DNA of 64,000 bases, from assembly GCA_965227295.1 (NCBI GenBank), contig OZ245742.1:64001-128000 (forward strand), in the 5' to 3' direction. The translations under genes and the position numbers were made by a program. Shown one piece after another: positions 31,507-39,667 of this stretch. The notes beneath the pieces were generated by a model that saw only the letters and a list, made by a program, of their open reading frames with translations, did no database searches and had not been told where the DNA came from. Each line of letters begins with the position of its first letter. Position 1 is the stretch's first letter. The stretch comes from Leptonemataceae bacterium (GTDB taxonomy: Bacteria; Spirochaetota; Leptospiria; Leptospirales; Leptonemataceae).

Positions 31507-32685
31507 ATGAATCAGACAGTAGCAGGCATCGATTGGAGCGCGCACTTCTTTGACGTGTGCGTATACAGCACGACGGACGGCGTTCTTTACGAAGGCCGAT
31601 TTAACATCGACGGCCCCGGTATCAATCGATTGCTCGGCGTTCTCAAGCGGCACGGACCTATCGAAGCCATCGGGATCGAGGACGGGCGGCAGCTCGTGGC
31701 GAATCGAATGATGCAGCACGGCTATGACGTGCGCACCGTGCATCCGTTTTCCCTGGCGCGCTTCAAAGAAGTCTACGAAACCACCCGCCGCAAAGATGAT
31801 CGCATGGACGCGATGTACATCGCCCGCATGCTCGCCGAGAAACCGCAGGCGTTTCGAAGTATTACGCAGAACAGCCCGGAATGCACGCGGCTGGAAGCGC
31901 TGAACCGTCAGAAGCGCCGCCTGGTCGAGGACCGCAGCCGTTTGCAGAATCGCCTGCGTGCCGTGCTGCGCGGCTATTTTCCCGCGTTTTCCGGCTGTTT
32001 TCAGCGCAACCTGTCGCGGTCGGCCCTGCAATTGCTACAACGCATCGAACGGCCCTCGGTCATCGCCGGACTGAGCCGTGAGGCTTTCCTCGAATACGCA
32101 GAGGGATGCCGATTCAACGGCGCCCGCAAACTTGCGATCTATGAACGTTTAGTAGAGCATACGATTGTCGAAGAGCCCGGCGATATAGAGGAACGCGTGC
32201 TGGAGATGCAGCACCTGGTGCAGATGATGATACTCCACGACATGCAGCTCCAGCAATTACAGGAGTCCATTGATGCCCTCTACGACTCCCATCCCATGGC
32301 CGGCGTGTTTGATTCGATTCCGGGCGTGGCCGGAGACCTGCGCGTTCGCCTGCTGACGGCATTCGGCGACAATCTCAATCGTTTCCGGGACCATCGTGCT
32401 GTGCAGGCGTTCGCCGGAACCGCGCCGATCACGATTCGTAGCGGCAAGCGCGAAGTCGTAACCATGCGCACCGGCTGCAACAAGGCGTTCCGGGATACGC
32501 TCTACCAGCTCGCGTTCACGACGATGGGTCGCCTGCCGTGGGCGCGGGCCCATTACAATCGCCAGAAGGCCGCCGGCAAATCGCACTCAGCAGCACTGCG
32601 CTCCCTCTCGAACAAATGGGTCCCGATCCTGTTTTCCATGTGGCGCGCGAGCGAAATCTACAGCGAAGACCGGCGGGCCGCATGA
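31507..32685 (+). CDS. IS110-family DEDD recombinase/transposase (392 aa)
   Basis: RBS ggaggt; AGIDWS (D), IGIEDG (E), KDDRMDA (DD); C-terminal SIPGV...RF...AFAGTAP..RSGK (catalytic Ser)...GCNKAFR. Confidence 0.95.
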   Translation: MNQTVAGIDWSAHFFDVCVYSTTDGVLYEGRFNIDGPGINRLLGVLKRHGPIEAIGIEDGRQLVANRMMQHGYDVRTVHPFSLARFKEVYETTRRKDDRMDAMYIARMLAEKPQAFRSITQNSPECTRLEALNRQKRRLVEDRSRLQNRLRAVLRGYFPAFSGCFQRNLSRSALQLLQRIERPSVIAGLSREAFLEYAEGCRFNGARKLAIYERLVEHTIVEEPGDIEERVLEMQHLVQMMILHDMQLQQLQESIDALYDSHPMAGVFDSIPGVAGDLRVRLLTAFGDNLNRFRDHRAVQAFAGTAPITIRSGKREVVTMRTGCNKAFRDTLYQLAFTTMGRLPWARAHYNRQKAAGKSHSAALRSLSNKWVPILFSMWRASEIYSEDRRAA

Positions 32686-32704
32686 CCACCGCGTCGGAAT
32701 TTTC

Positions 32705-32710
32705 TTGACG
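32705..32710 (+). promoter_or_regulatory. -35 hexamer (TTGACG) at the IS right end; completed by TATATG from the left end on circularisation
   Basis: In the predicted circle: TTGACG - 17 nt (cggcgacatagtgagcc) - TATATG. Confidence 0.65.
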
Positions 32711-32750
32711 CGGCGACATAGTGAGCCCTCACGCGAAGAGTTGTAACATC

Positions 32751-33446
32751 ATGAAAATCATCCAGACTGTATTCCTCTTAATGTTTGCAGTAGGCCTCCC
32801 GGGCTGCGGCGAGGATGCTCCGCCGTTTCGTCCCGAGGTCGCCGGTTTTTCCGAGCCTCGCGCCGGCATGTTGCCTTACTTCCAGGGCCGCGACATGAAT
32901 CCCTACTGGCCGCCGGAAGACGCGGAGACACTGCCGGAAGACCTGCGGCGGCCGGCGAACTTCACGTTGCTCAGTCACAACGATGCAAAGTTTACTCCGG
33001 ATGATCTTAACGAAAAGTACACGATTCTGAACTTCTTTTTTACGCGCTGCCCGGGCATCTGTCCGCTGATCACCCGCAACGTGAAAAAGGTCTCGGCGCA
33101 GATTCCGAACCAGGCCGATCTTCAGTTCGTTTCGATTTCGGTCACGCCGGAATACGATCGCCCGCCGGAGATGCGCCAGTACCGCGAGGAACACCGCGTC
33201 TCCCAGGCAAACTGGCTCATGCTCACCGGCGAACGCGAACCCATCTACGAAATGGCGCGACTACAGTTCGGCGCCGACGTGCGCACCGACGTCGAAGAAT
33301 TCACGAGTCCCGAGGACTTCGTGCATACGGAGAACGTGTATCTACTGGATCGGCAGGGTTATTTGCGCGGGGTGTATCGCGCACGGGGCATGGGCGACCT
33401 GGAGCGATTGGTGCAGGAGCTGGAGGTTTTGCGGGGGAGTGAATGA
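32751..33446 (+). CDS. SCO1/SenC-family copper chaperone lipoprotein
   Basis: LPGC lipobox; FFFTRCPGICP (CxxxCP); SISVTPEYD; FVHTENVYLLD. Confidence 0.92.
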   Translation: MKIIQTVFLLMFAVGLPGCGEDAPPFRPEVAGFSEPRAGMLPYFQGRDMNPYWPPEDAETLPEDLRRPANFTLLSHNDAKFTPDDLNEKYTILNFFFTRCPGICPLITRNVKKVSAQIPNQADLQFVSISVTPEYDRPPEMRQYREEHRVSQANWLMLTGEREPIYEMARLQFGADVRTDVEEFTSPEDFVHTENVYLLDRQGYLRGVYRARGMGDLERLVQELEVLRGSE

Positions 33447-33490
33447 TTCAAAAAGAGTGAGCATCCTCCAGCAGAGTTTTCCCGGCATCG

Positions 33491-33829
33491 CTATGAAACC
33501 ACGGACTTGCGTATCTCCGGTGAAAGGCTCTCGTTCCTCGTAGCAACACGGGGCCCGGGTTCGAACGCAAACACCAAGTCAACCTCCTCCGGAACGCGCC
33601 CAACAGGATAAACTGTGACGATAGAAGTCGGAATTGCGTCTATCACATGCGCACGCTGGGAATCAATAATGATACTACAGCTGCCGATCCAATCATTCAC
33701 GACGGACTTAACGGAGTCCTGGCTCGATGCAAGAAAGGGTGCAAGCATTACGGCCATACCGGCGGCAATTCGCCTCCCAGAAAATGCACCGAGAATCTGC
33801 TCTAGGATATTTTTTTGATTGCTATTCAC
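33491..33829 (-). CDS. Hypothetical protein at the island edge, possibly truncated
   Basis: 112-aa ORF with an N-terminal hydrophobic segment; divergent from 33875. Confidence 0.45.
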   Translation of the reverse strand: MNSNQKNILEQILGAFSGRRIAAGMAVMLAPFLASSQDSVKSVVNDWIGSCSIIIDSQRAHVIDAIPTSIVTVYPVGRVPEEVDLVFAFEPGPRVATRNESLSPEIRKSVVS

Positions 33830-33874
33830 AAGAAACTAGTGCCTAGAATGTTAAACTAGATCCGGAGCACTTGC

Positions 33875-36800
33875 ATGAGGCGCCACCCTAAAGCTAAAGC
33901 GACACTTCTGTCAATAATCATCTGCCTGGCAGGATTACAGCCCAACACGCTCCAGGCACAGGCACCGACCAGCCATGAAATCAATCACGAATGGACTAAT
34001 TTTCGAGCGGCGTATCCTTATCATGTACAAGTAATTGCCGTGAAAGAACGTCTTGCAGACGGCAGCTCACTCTTTATCCTCTCGGAGCCGCCACCTCACG
34101 TTACTCTGGATGGCTTGAAGCAAAGCGCCGGAGTAGAGCTCAGCAACCTCAACGTGCTGGACCATCGCATCGGGTACGATGGATTTCTCCGAGATATTGT
34201 CTTTACGGCAAGACCAGGGACGGGCAACAGCCTGACCACGTTCGTCAGTCGCCTTTCTATATACCTCTATGGCACATCTTACAAAGCAACATTTACCTCC
34301 CTCCCGATCAAGAATCAACAGAGAGGAAACGAACAGTTAGACCTCAGGATCTCGACGTTTGACCTAAAGCAGTGGTCAATTGATAGCAGCGAAAAGTTTG
34401 AACCTGTATTAGGTGGCCGCGCCAGCCCTGTGCAGACACTCCTGCAAGATCCTCGCCCCGGGGTATACCGGAGCGGGAAACCCGGCCTGATTCTCTGGGT
34501 AGTACCTCGAAATGCCAGGCTCGATCAGTATACGCAGGAAATTCGCCAATTCACGCTGGATTCCGATATCGTACTTGGTGCCATAGGAGGGAATCAGGCC
34601 ACTCTCATAGTCGGCCGCGAACGGGTCGCAGCCCTCGAAACTTTGCCTCCGCTGCGAACGGAAACTATCCTGCTGCTGGCGGCGGCGACCTCAAATGAAC
34701 TCGCGCAAAGCTACGAGCGAAACCACTTACTTTCCGGGAAGACAAGGGATGGGAACGATTGGGCACCAATCTACCTCAGCCCCGATTTGATCAATACGGA
34801 ATACGGCAGTCTGCTCAATATCACGGATCAGCTATTAAAGGGTTGGTCCATGAACGGCACAGTGCGATATATCAACTTCGACTACCCGCCCCCGAACACT
34901 GGCTGGCCTTTCCCGAAGCCCCTATCCCAATTGATCAAGGGTTCCAGTGTAACTTTCAACTGGAATACAAAGGGCGTCGGTTATACTGTGGAAGATGGTT
35001 CATATGCGTATTTTGCGCTCAATCGAACCGGCTCACTGCCGATGACTTACATCGCAGAGGAATCCGGCTCTTCTGAATATGATAAGCAAGGCTATGAGTA
35101 TTTTGCGACCCTCAGCGATCCCAATCTCGTGCGCGTAGTTCAGTATGCGGCGCTCTATCAGATATTCCGCCAATTCGATCTAAAGGCCGATACGCCCGGC
35201 ATTATGGGCAGGGGCGCACGGCGCTATCGAGACGCAAACGCTGCACTTGTTCAATCGACCAAGAACGCGCTCATTAAGATTCGCAATGCCAATGAACAGA
35301 TGCTGAAGCAAACGGCGAAGGAAATGGCGGCGGATGACCGTGCGATCCCGGACGACTTAATGCCGCACGTACTGAAGCCGCTTCTGATTTACGTCGGCAT
35401 GGAACAGTTGCGAGCGGAACATCCTGGCGCCACGGAAGAACAACTCTTTGCGACCGTTTCCGCAGCCGTCGACCAGTTATCAGCCGGGCAACTGAAGGAA
35501 ATGAGCGACGAATTGAATGAAAAGATGACCAAAGAACAGCAGCAAGAGCTACGCATGGCGTTCGTCGCGACTATGCTGCAAGCCTCTGTGAACTCTCTTC
35601 AGGAAAAGCTCAATCACCTACCTGGGCCTCTGTGGCCCGACGTAGCAGAAGATCTGGCACGAAACCTGATTAATCCCCGTGAAGAGATCGACACAACCCG
35701 GCTTCAGAAAGTCGCCGAAAGTGAGGACGCATCCGGCTTAGACCATGATACGATGGTCGATTTTGTAGCCGTGTGGATCTTGAACGAACCTTCAAGCCGC
35801 ATCATCGGCACTTTCGCAGATATCGACCGCGCCAAAGCAACATACGTAAAATACGGCCGGTCCGCTGAACAACCTGGATTCATCGTCACCCCGTCGATCG
35901 TCCAGTCCCGTGTAGACGCGAGCATGGCGGGCGCAGTCGGCGGACACAATCTGGATTCGGCAATCACCCGTTTTCGTCCCAGCACGCAAATTAGACGCGG
36001 TTCAGTGAAAATCACGGGCTCGAAGGAAGCCCCGGTCATACTATTCCATCCCGGCGACGCAAAAAAAGTTCAGGCACTTGTGGAGACCGCTGGCAAGCAG
36101 TCCACGGACCCGAATCTGGCCACAAACTTGCAACAAACGCTTAAAAACGCGCCAGTTGTAGGATTGAAACGAGAAGAAGCCCTGGCGCTTGCCGGACGAC
36201 CGGACCGATCGCGCGGGCTCCAGCATCCGAGCCTTGTCAAACTTGGTGACGACATGATTTCCGCTCCCGGGTGGAAACTTGACGTAACGTCACTAAATTC
36301 AGAGGACCGAAACCTGATCAAGGCGATGAACACTTCGTACAATCCAGCGATCGTCGTCCGGAAGAGCAAAGGTGGTACATACGAGGTATTGATGCCGAAC
36401 ACGGATGCAACGATCCGTGTAGGGAATGTCGTGGACCTCTCCGACGCTCTATCGTACACAATTTTCAGGGACACGGACGGCACACGCCCGCTTCACCTTT
36501 CGACAATCGGTTTTTCGGAAGATGAGACCCGCGCGCTCGCTCATACTACGAGCCTACGATTGGAAGCCGCCCGTGACCGCCGAAACGCGAGCGCGTTCTT
36601 CAGCAAATTCGACGAACACATGCCTCCAGGCAAGCAGGCTTCGCCGCGTGCTTTCATAGAAGGCCGGTTCGACTTCGCACACCTGGAAATTTCGAAGCCG
36701 GTCAAGAGTCAGGTCATCTCCACCGGGCCGCGTAGCGGTCAGTACAGTGTCGATGTAGTCGCCAAAATTCCCATCAGCCACGCCGGGAACTCCACACCCT

Positions 36801-37066
36801 TCCAGGTGCAGATTGCGGTCTTCTTCAAGAACGTAGTTTCCAATAGCATTGTAGAGAAAATTCAGACTCTGATTCGGCAGACTTTCAGTAGAGCCGCCGC
36901 ACAGAAGCTTTCCAACGACGCTACCATGCAGGCCCTGGAGACAGACTTACGGCAGGCTGGCCTCGACGCGGAAATCAGGGCCCAGGGAGAGCAATTCGAT
37001 TCCTTCTTCGTTCGGTTCAAACAGGTTGAGCATGAGTCTAGCAACTACGCTTACGCGTCCCGATAA
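33875..37066 (+). CDS. Large exported hypothetical protein (1063 aa)
   Basis: Sec-type signal (..LQAQA); long open frame; atypical, less GC3-biased codons; motifs ELAQSYER, DWAPIYLS, TEYGSLLNITDQLLK, VGGHNL. Confidence 0.8.
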   Translation: MRRHPKAKATLLSIIICLAGLQPNTLQAQAPTSHEINHEWTNFRAAYPYHVQVIAVKERLADGSSLFILSEPPPHVTLDGLKQSAGVELSNLNVLDHRIGYDGFLRDIVFTARPGTGNSLTTFVSRLSIYLYGTSYKATFTSLPIKNQQRGNEQLDLRISTFDLKQWSIDSSEKFEPVLGGRASPVQTLLQDPRPGVYRSGKPGLILWVVPRNARLDQYTQEIRQFTLDSDIVLGAIGGNQATLIVGRERVAALETLPPLRTETILLLAAATSNELAQSYERNHLLSGKTRDGNDWAPIYLSPDLINTEYGSLLNITDQLLKGWSMNGTVRYINFDYPPPNTGWPFPKPLSQLIKGSSVTFNWNTKGVGYTVEDGSYAYFALNRTGSLPMTYIAEESGSSEYDKQGYEYFATLSDPNLVRVVQYAALYQIFRQFDLKADTPGIMGRGARRYRDANAALVQSTKNALIKIRNANEQMLKQTAKEMAADDRAIPDDLMPHVLKPLLIYVGMEQLRAEHPGATEEQLFATVSAAVDQLSAGQLKEMSDELNEKMTKEQQQELRMAFVATMLQASVNSLQEKLNHLPGPLWPDVAEDLARNLINPREEIDTTRLQKVAESEDASGLDHDTMVDFVAVWILNEPSSRIIGTFADIDRAKATYVKYGRSAEQPGFIVTPSIVQSRVDASMAGAVGGHNLDSAITRFRPSTQIRRGSVKITGSKEAPVILFHPGDAKKVQALVETAGKQSTDPNLATNLQQTLKNAPVVGLKREEALALAGRPDRSRGLQHPSLVKLGDDMISAPGWKLDVTSLNSEDRNLIKAMNTSYNPAIVVRKSKGGTYEVLMPNTDATIRVGNVVDLSDALSYTIFRDTDGTRPLHLSTIGFSEDETRALAHTTSLRLEAARDRRNASAFFSKFDEHMPPGKQASPRAFIEGRFDFAHLEISKPVKSQVISTGPRSGQYSVDVVAKIPISHAGNSTPFQVQIAVFFKNVVSNSIVEKIQTLIRQTFSRAAAQKLSNDATMQALETDLRQAGLDAEIRAQGEQFDSFFVRFKQVEHESSNYAYASR

Positions 37067-38021
37067 GATCCTCATCGCCTGCGCGATACCTTTTACGCGA
37101 GATCAATTTTTTAAAGATCTACACCCAGGAAGCATACGGGATTTCGCAAAGCACATCGATCGCGTCTCGAATTATGAAGGCGAGGATCTCTGGAACTACT
37201 ATTACGATTCGACGTTGAGCAAGGTTGAGAACGTGCTGTCGGAAGCCGAACAAAAAGGAGTAACCGTCCTACGAAGCGTCAGTCGCGGAGACCTGGCGCA
37301 CATTTTCGATGCGCATGACGTGGTAGTCTTTCTGACCCACTTCAAAGGAGCGAGCTTTATCCCCGATGACTTTCACGATCCGGAGAGGTTTGCCTCCCGT
37401 CTCGCGGAGGTTCAGGACCCGGTCTGCCGAAAAATACGAGCAGGAATCGTTACGAGTCGTCTCACGCAGTTGAAGGCCAAGGCCGCGCGAACGAAGTTTG
37501 CGGACGAACTTACGAAACTCTGTGCACGCGAAGCTATCTTTCTGGAGATCGAGCCGCATCTACCCGAACAAAACTTCACAGACAACCTCCTTTACCTGAA
37601 TCGGATCGCACTGGAACGCCATTTCGTCGGCGAACTCCGACCCGGAGGCGTCGTGGACCTCTCGGACGGCGCCTGCGCTCCTCTTGAATTCGCACAAAAC
37701 CTTCCCGTAGCAAAGCCGGGCATCCTCGATCTGACAATCTGCGAGTCGTATATATTGGGGCAGGCAATCAAGGGTCATCATCCAGGCACTTTGGTCTTGG
37801 TGAATGAGAAACCTGCGACCATCGTGTACAGAATGATTTTCTTTAAGCACTTGCTAGACGAACTTTCAAAAAGAGGCGCGAACTATGCACTGCGGCACTT
37901 AGAAATGCGAAAAGAACTAACACGGAGGATCAACCTTGAAAAGTCTGGATTCTTTGCTTCGAGAATACTCAAGTGGATCGGTAACTGCTGGCGGCGGTGG
38001 ACCACGAAAGTCTCTAAGTGA
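37032..38021 (+). CDS. Putative caspase/CHAT-like cysteine protease-fold protein
   Basis: hydrophobic strand-His (DVVVFLTHFKG), 'VDLSDG', strand-Cys (ILDLTICES) in caspase-HetF order; overlaps the upstream gene. Confidence 0.55.
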   Translation: MSLATTLTRPDKILIACAIPFTRDQFFKDLHPGSIRDFAKHIDRVSNYEGEDLWNYYYDSTLSKVENVLSEAEQKGVTVLRSVSRGDLAHIFDAHDVVVFLTHFKGASFIPDDFHDPERFASRLAEVQDPVCRKIRAGIVTSRLTQLKAKAARTKFADELTKLCAREAIFLEIEPHLPEQNFTDNLLYLNRIALERHFVGELRPGGVVDLSDGACAPLEFAQNLPVAKPGILDLTICESYILGQAIKGHHPGTLVLVNEKPATIVYRMIFFKHLLDELSKRGANYALRHLEMRKELTRRINLEKSGFFASRILKWIGNCWRRWTTKVSK

Positions 38022-38316
38022 CTTTGCCGAAGAAGTCCGAAAGAGCAAACGCGCCAATGCCTTAAGATATTACGTCCTCCTCGGGCTGTTCACTGTAGTG
38101 CTCATCGGGCTGGTCATATTTGTGGCCATTACTGGTTCCAATCCGCATCAACTGGCCATAACGGGTGGTACCGGCGGGATTGGAATCGGCGTGGTATTGC
38201 GATACATATTGAAACTGAATACCGAGCTAACAAACTACGATACGCTACTCACGCTTTCCCTGAAAACGTCTGACAGCACCCTGCAAAGTGTCATTGACAA
38301 CCTGTCAAAAAAATAA
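37936..38316 (+). CDS. Small 2-TM membrane protein
   Basis: TTG start preceded by ggagg; Gly-rich linker, two TM segments, helical C-terminus. Confidence 0.65.
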   Translation: MKSLDSLLREYSSGSVTAGGGGPRKSLSDFAEEVRKSKRANALRYYVLLGLFTVVLIGLVIFVAITGSNPHQLAITGGTGGIGIGVVLRYILKLNTELTNYDTLLTLSLKTSDSTLQSVIDNLSKK

Positions 38317-38327
38317 ACATGTGCCCC

Positions 38328-39599
38328 TCACCCCGCCCAGATCACCACCAACGCCTGCAACCAGCCCACAAACGCGCCCAGCACGCCGCCGACGAGGATC
38401 AGCAGCCACTCATCCTCACGAAAGGCCCCGCGCAGAATCTCTTCGAATTCGTTCGGCGGCAGCGCATTTAAGCGCTCGCGCATCGTAGCTTCCACTGCTA
38501 AACTATCAGCAAGATACGGCTTAAGCAACACATAGGCCTCCGGGGCGAGTTCGGCAATGCGGCGCACGGCGTGTTCACGGATGCGGTGATACTCCTCCGG
38601 GCCGGCGGTCAGTCGGATCATCGGCTTCGCCACGCCGGCGAAACGATCCACGCTTTCGTGGACACAGCTCTCTACGATTTCGAACACGCGCTCCTTACCG
38701 TTGCCGCGATACAGCTCCTGTAAGACCCGGCGGCTGTTCAGAATTTTTTCGGCGGTGAAGTGCGCCATCTCACGGGAGACATCCGGCTGGCGTTTGAGAA
38801 ACATGCCCTGCCATTCAACGTCGCCGAAGCGCCGCGGTTCCAGCGGGCGAAAGATCATGCGAATGGCCAGCCAGTTCGTGGCGAAACCGACGAAGGCGCC
38901 GGCCAGGGGCAGGGTCCACCAGGCCGGAAACAAAAGCCACAACACGATTTGCAGCGCGCCGAAGACGCAGCCGAAGTAAAAGCCTGCGGTTTCAATGAAC
39001 TTCAACTCCGGGCTGCCCACGCGTTCGAAGAGGTCCACCATGTTGCGGACCCGCGGCCCGGTGAGTCCGCGGTAAACGACGTCACCCACGTGAAAGACGT
39101 CATCGAGTTCTTTTTTGATCTTACGAACGATTTCCTCAAACGCGCGCATACTTTCTTTGCGAGCCTGGGCGATCATCGCTTCCTGAACGGTCGGCGGCGT
39201 GAGCACGCGAATGAGCGGATGCATGTGATCCATAACCGTGCGAATCAACGCGGGAATTTCACGATCCAGCAGCGGGCCAAGGAGTTCGCCGACAGTGCGT
39301 CCGTTCACGTTCGCGGCCAGCTCACGAAAACTCAGAAGCCGGCCGGTGATCAGCTCCACCGATCGTTCGGCCATCTTACGCGCCTTGCGCGGGATGATGC
39401 CCTGCCAGCCCAGGTACGGCGGAATGCCGACAAACTTTACGGGATAGAAAGTCATGCGCAGAGCGACCACGTTCGTCAACCAGCCGGCGAAGCCGTAGGT
39501 CAGCGGCATGAGCAAAAGCGCCAGGATATAAACCGAAGTCGTCACGCGGAGCACCGACGTTCGTTTTTCTGCGAACTTTCGTAAACAGTTTTTCTCCAA
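38328..39599 (-). CDS. DUF445-family membrane protein (start probably ~39545)
   Basis: GWLTNVVALRMTFYP, WQGIIP, second GFATNWLAIRMIFRP..WQG, EDEWLLILVGGVLG. Confidence 0.85.
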   Translation of the reverse strand: MEKNCLRKFAEKRTSVLRVTTSVYILALLLMPLTYGFAGWLTNVVALRMTFYPVKFVGIPPYLGWQGIIPRKARKMAERSVELITGRLLSFRELAANVNGRTVGELLGPLLDREIPALIRTVMDHMHPLIRVLTPPTVQEAMIAQARKESMRAFEEIVRKIKKELDDVFHVGDVVYRGLTGPRVRNMVDLFERVGSPELKFIETAGFYFGCVFGALQIVLWLLFPAWWTLPLAGAFVGFATNWLAIRMIFRPLEPRRFGDVEWQGMFLKRQPDVSREMAHFTAEKILNSRRVLQELYRGNGKERVFEIVESCVHESVDRFAGVAKPMIRLTAGPEEYHRIREHAVRRIAELAPEAYVLLKPYLADSLAVEATMRERLNALPPNEFEEILRGAFREDEWLLILVGGVLGAFVGWLQALVVIWAG

Positions 39600-39667
39600 A
39601 TCAAGGCGGCCTTTCTCTTGCGCATCTTTGGAACGCGCTTAAGTTTTGCCCGAGGAGAGTCATTCCC

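Larger units (their letters stand above)
31239..32727 (+). mobile_element. IS110-family insertion sequence (~1.49 kb), CC core, inserted in a REP-like repeat
   Basis: Removing 31239-32727 restores gcatcc+ctcacgcgaagagttgta, similar to the intact repeat end gcatccctggcgcaaagagttgta at 60505-60528. Sub-terminal IR tatgtccccg / cggcgacata. No TSD beyond the CC core. Confidence 0.9.

Noticed and set aside
32705-32750. Hybrid outward promoter driving SCO from the IS -35 element
   Set aside because: In the integrated state the sequence 16-18 nt downstream of TTGACG (ctcacg) is not a -10 element
33450-38320. Prophage or integrative element
   Set aside because: No integrase, att-like direct repeats, tRNA target or phage genes were seen at the island edges
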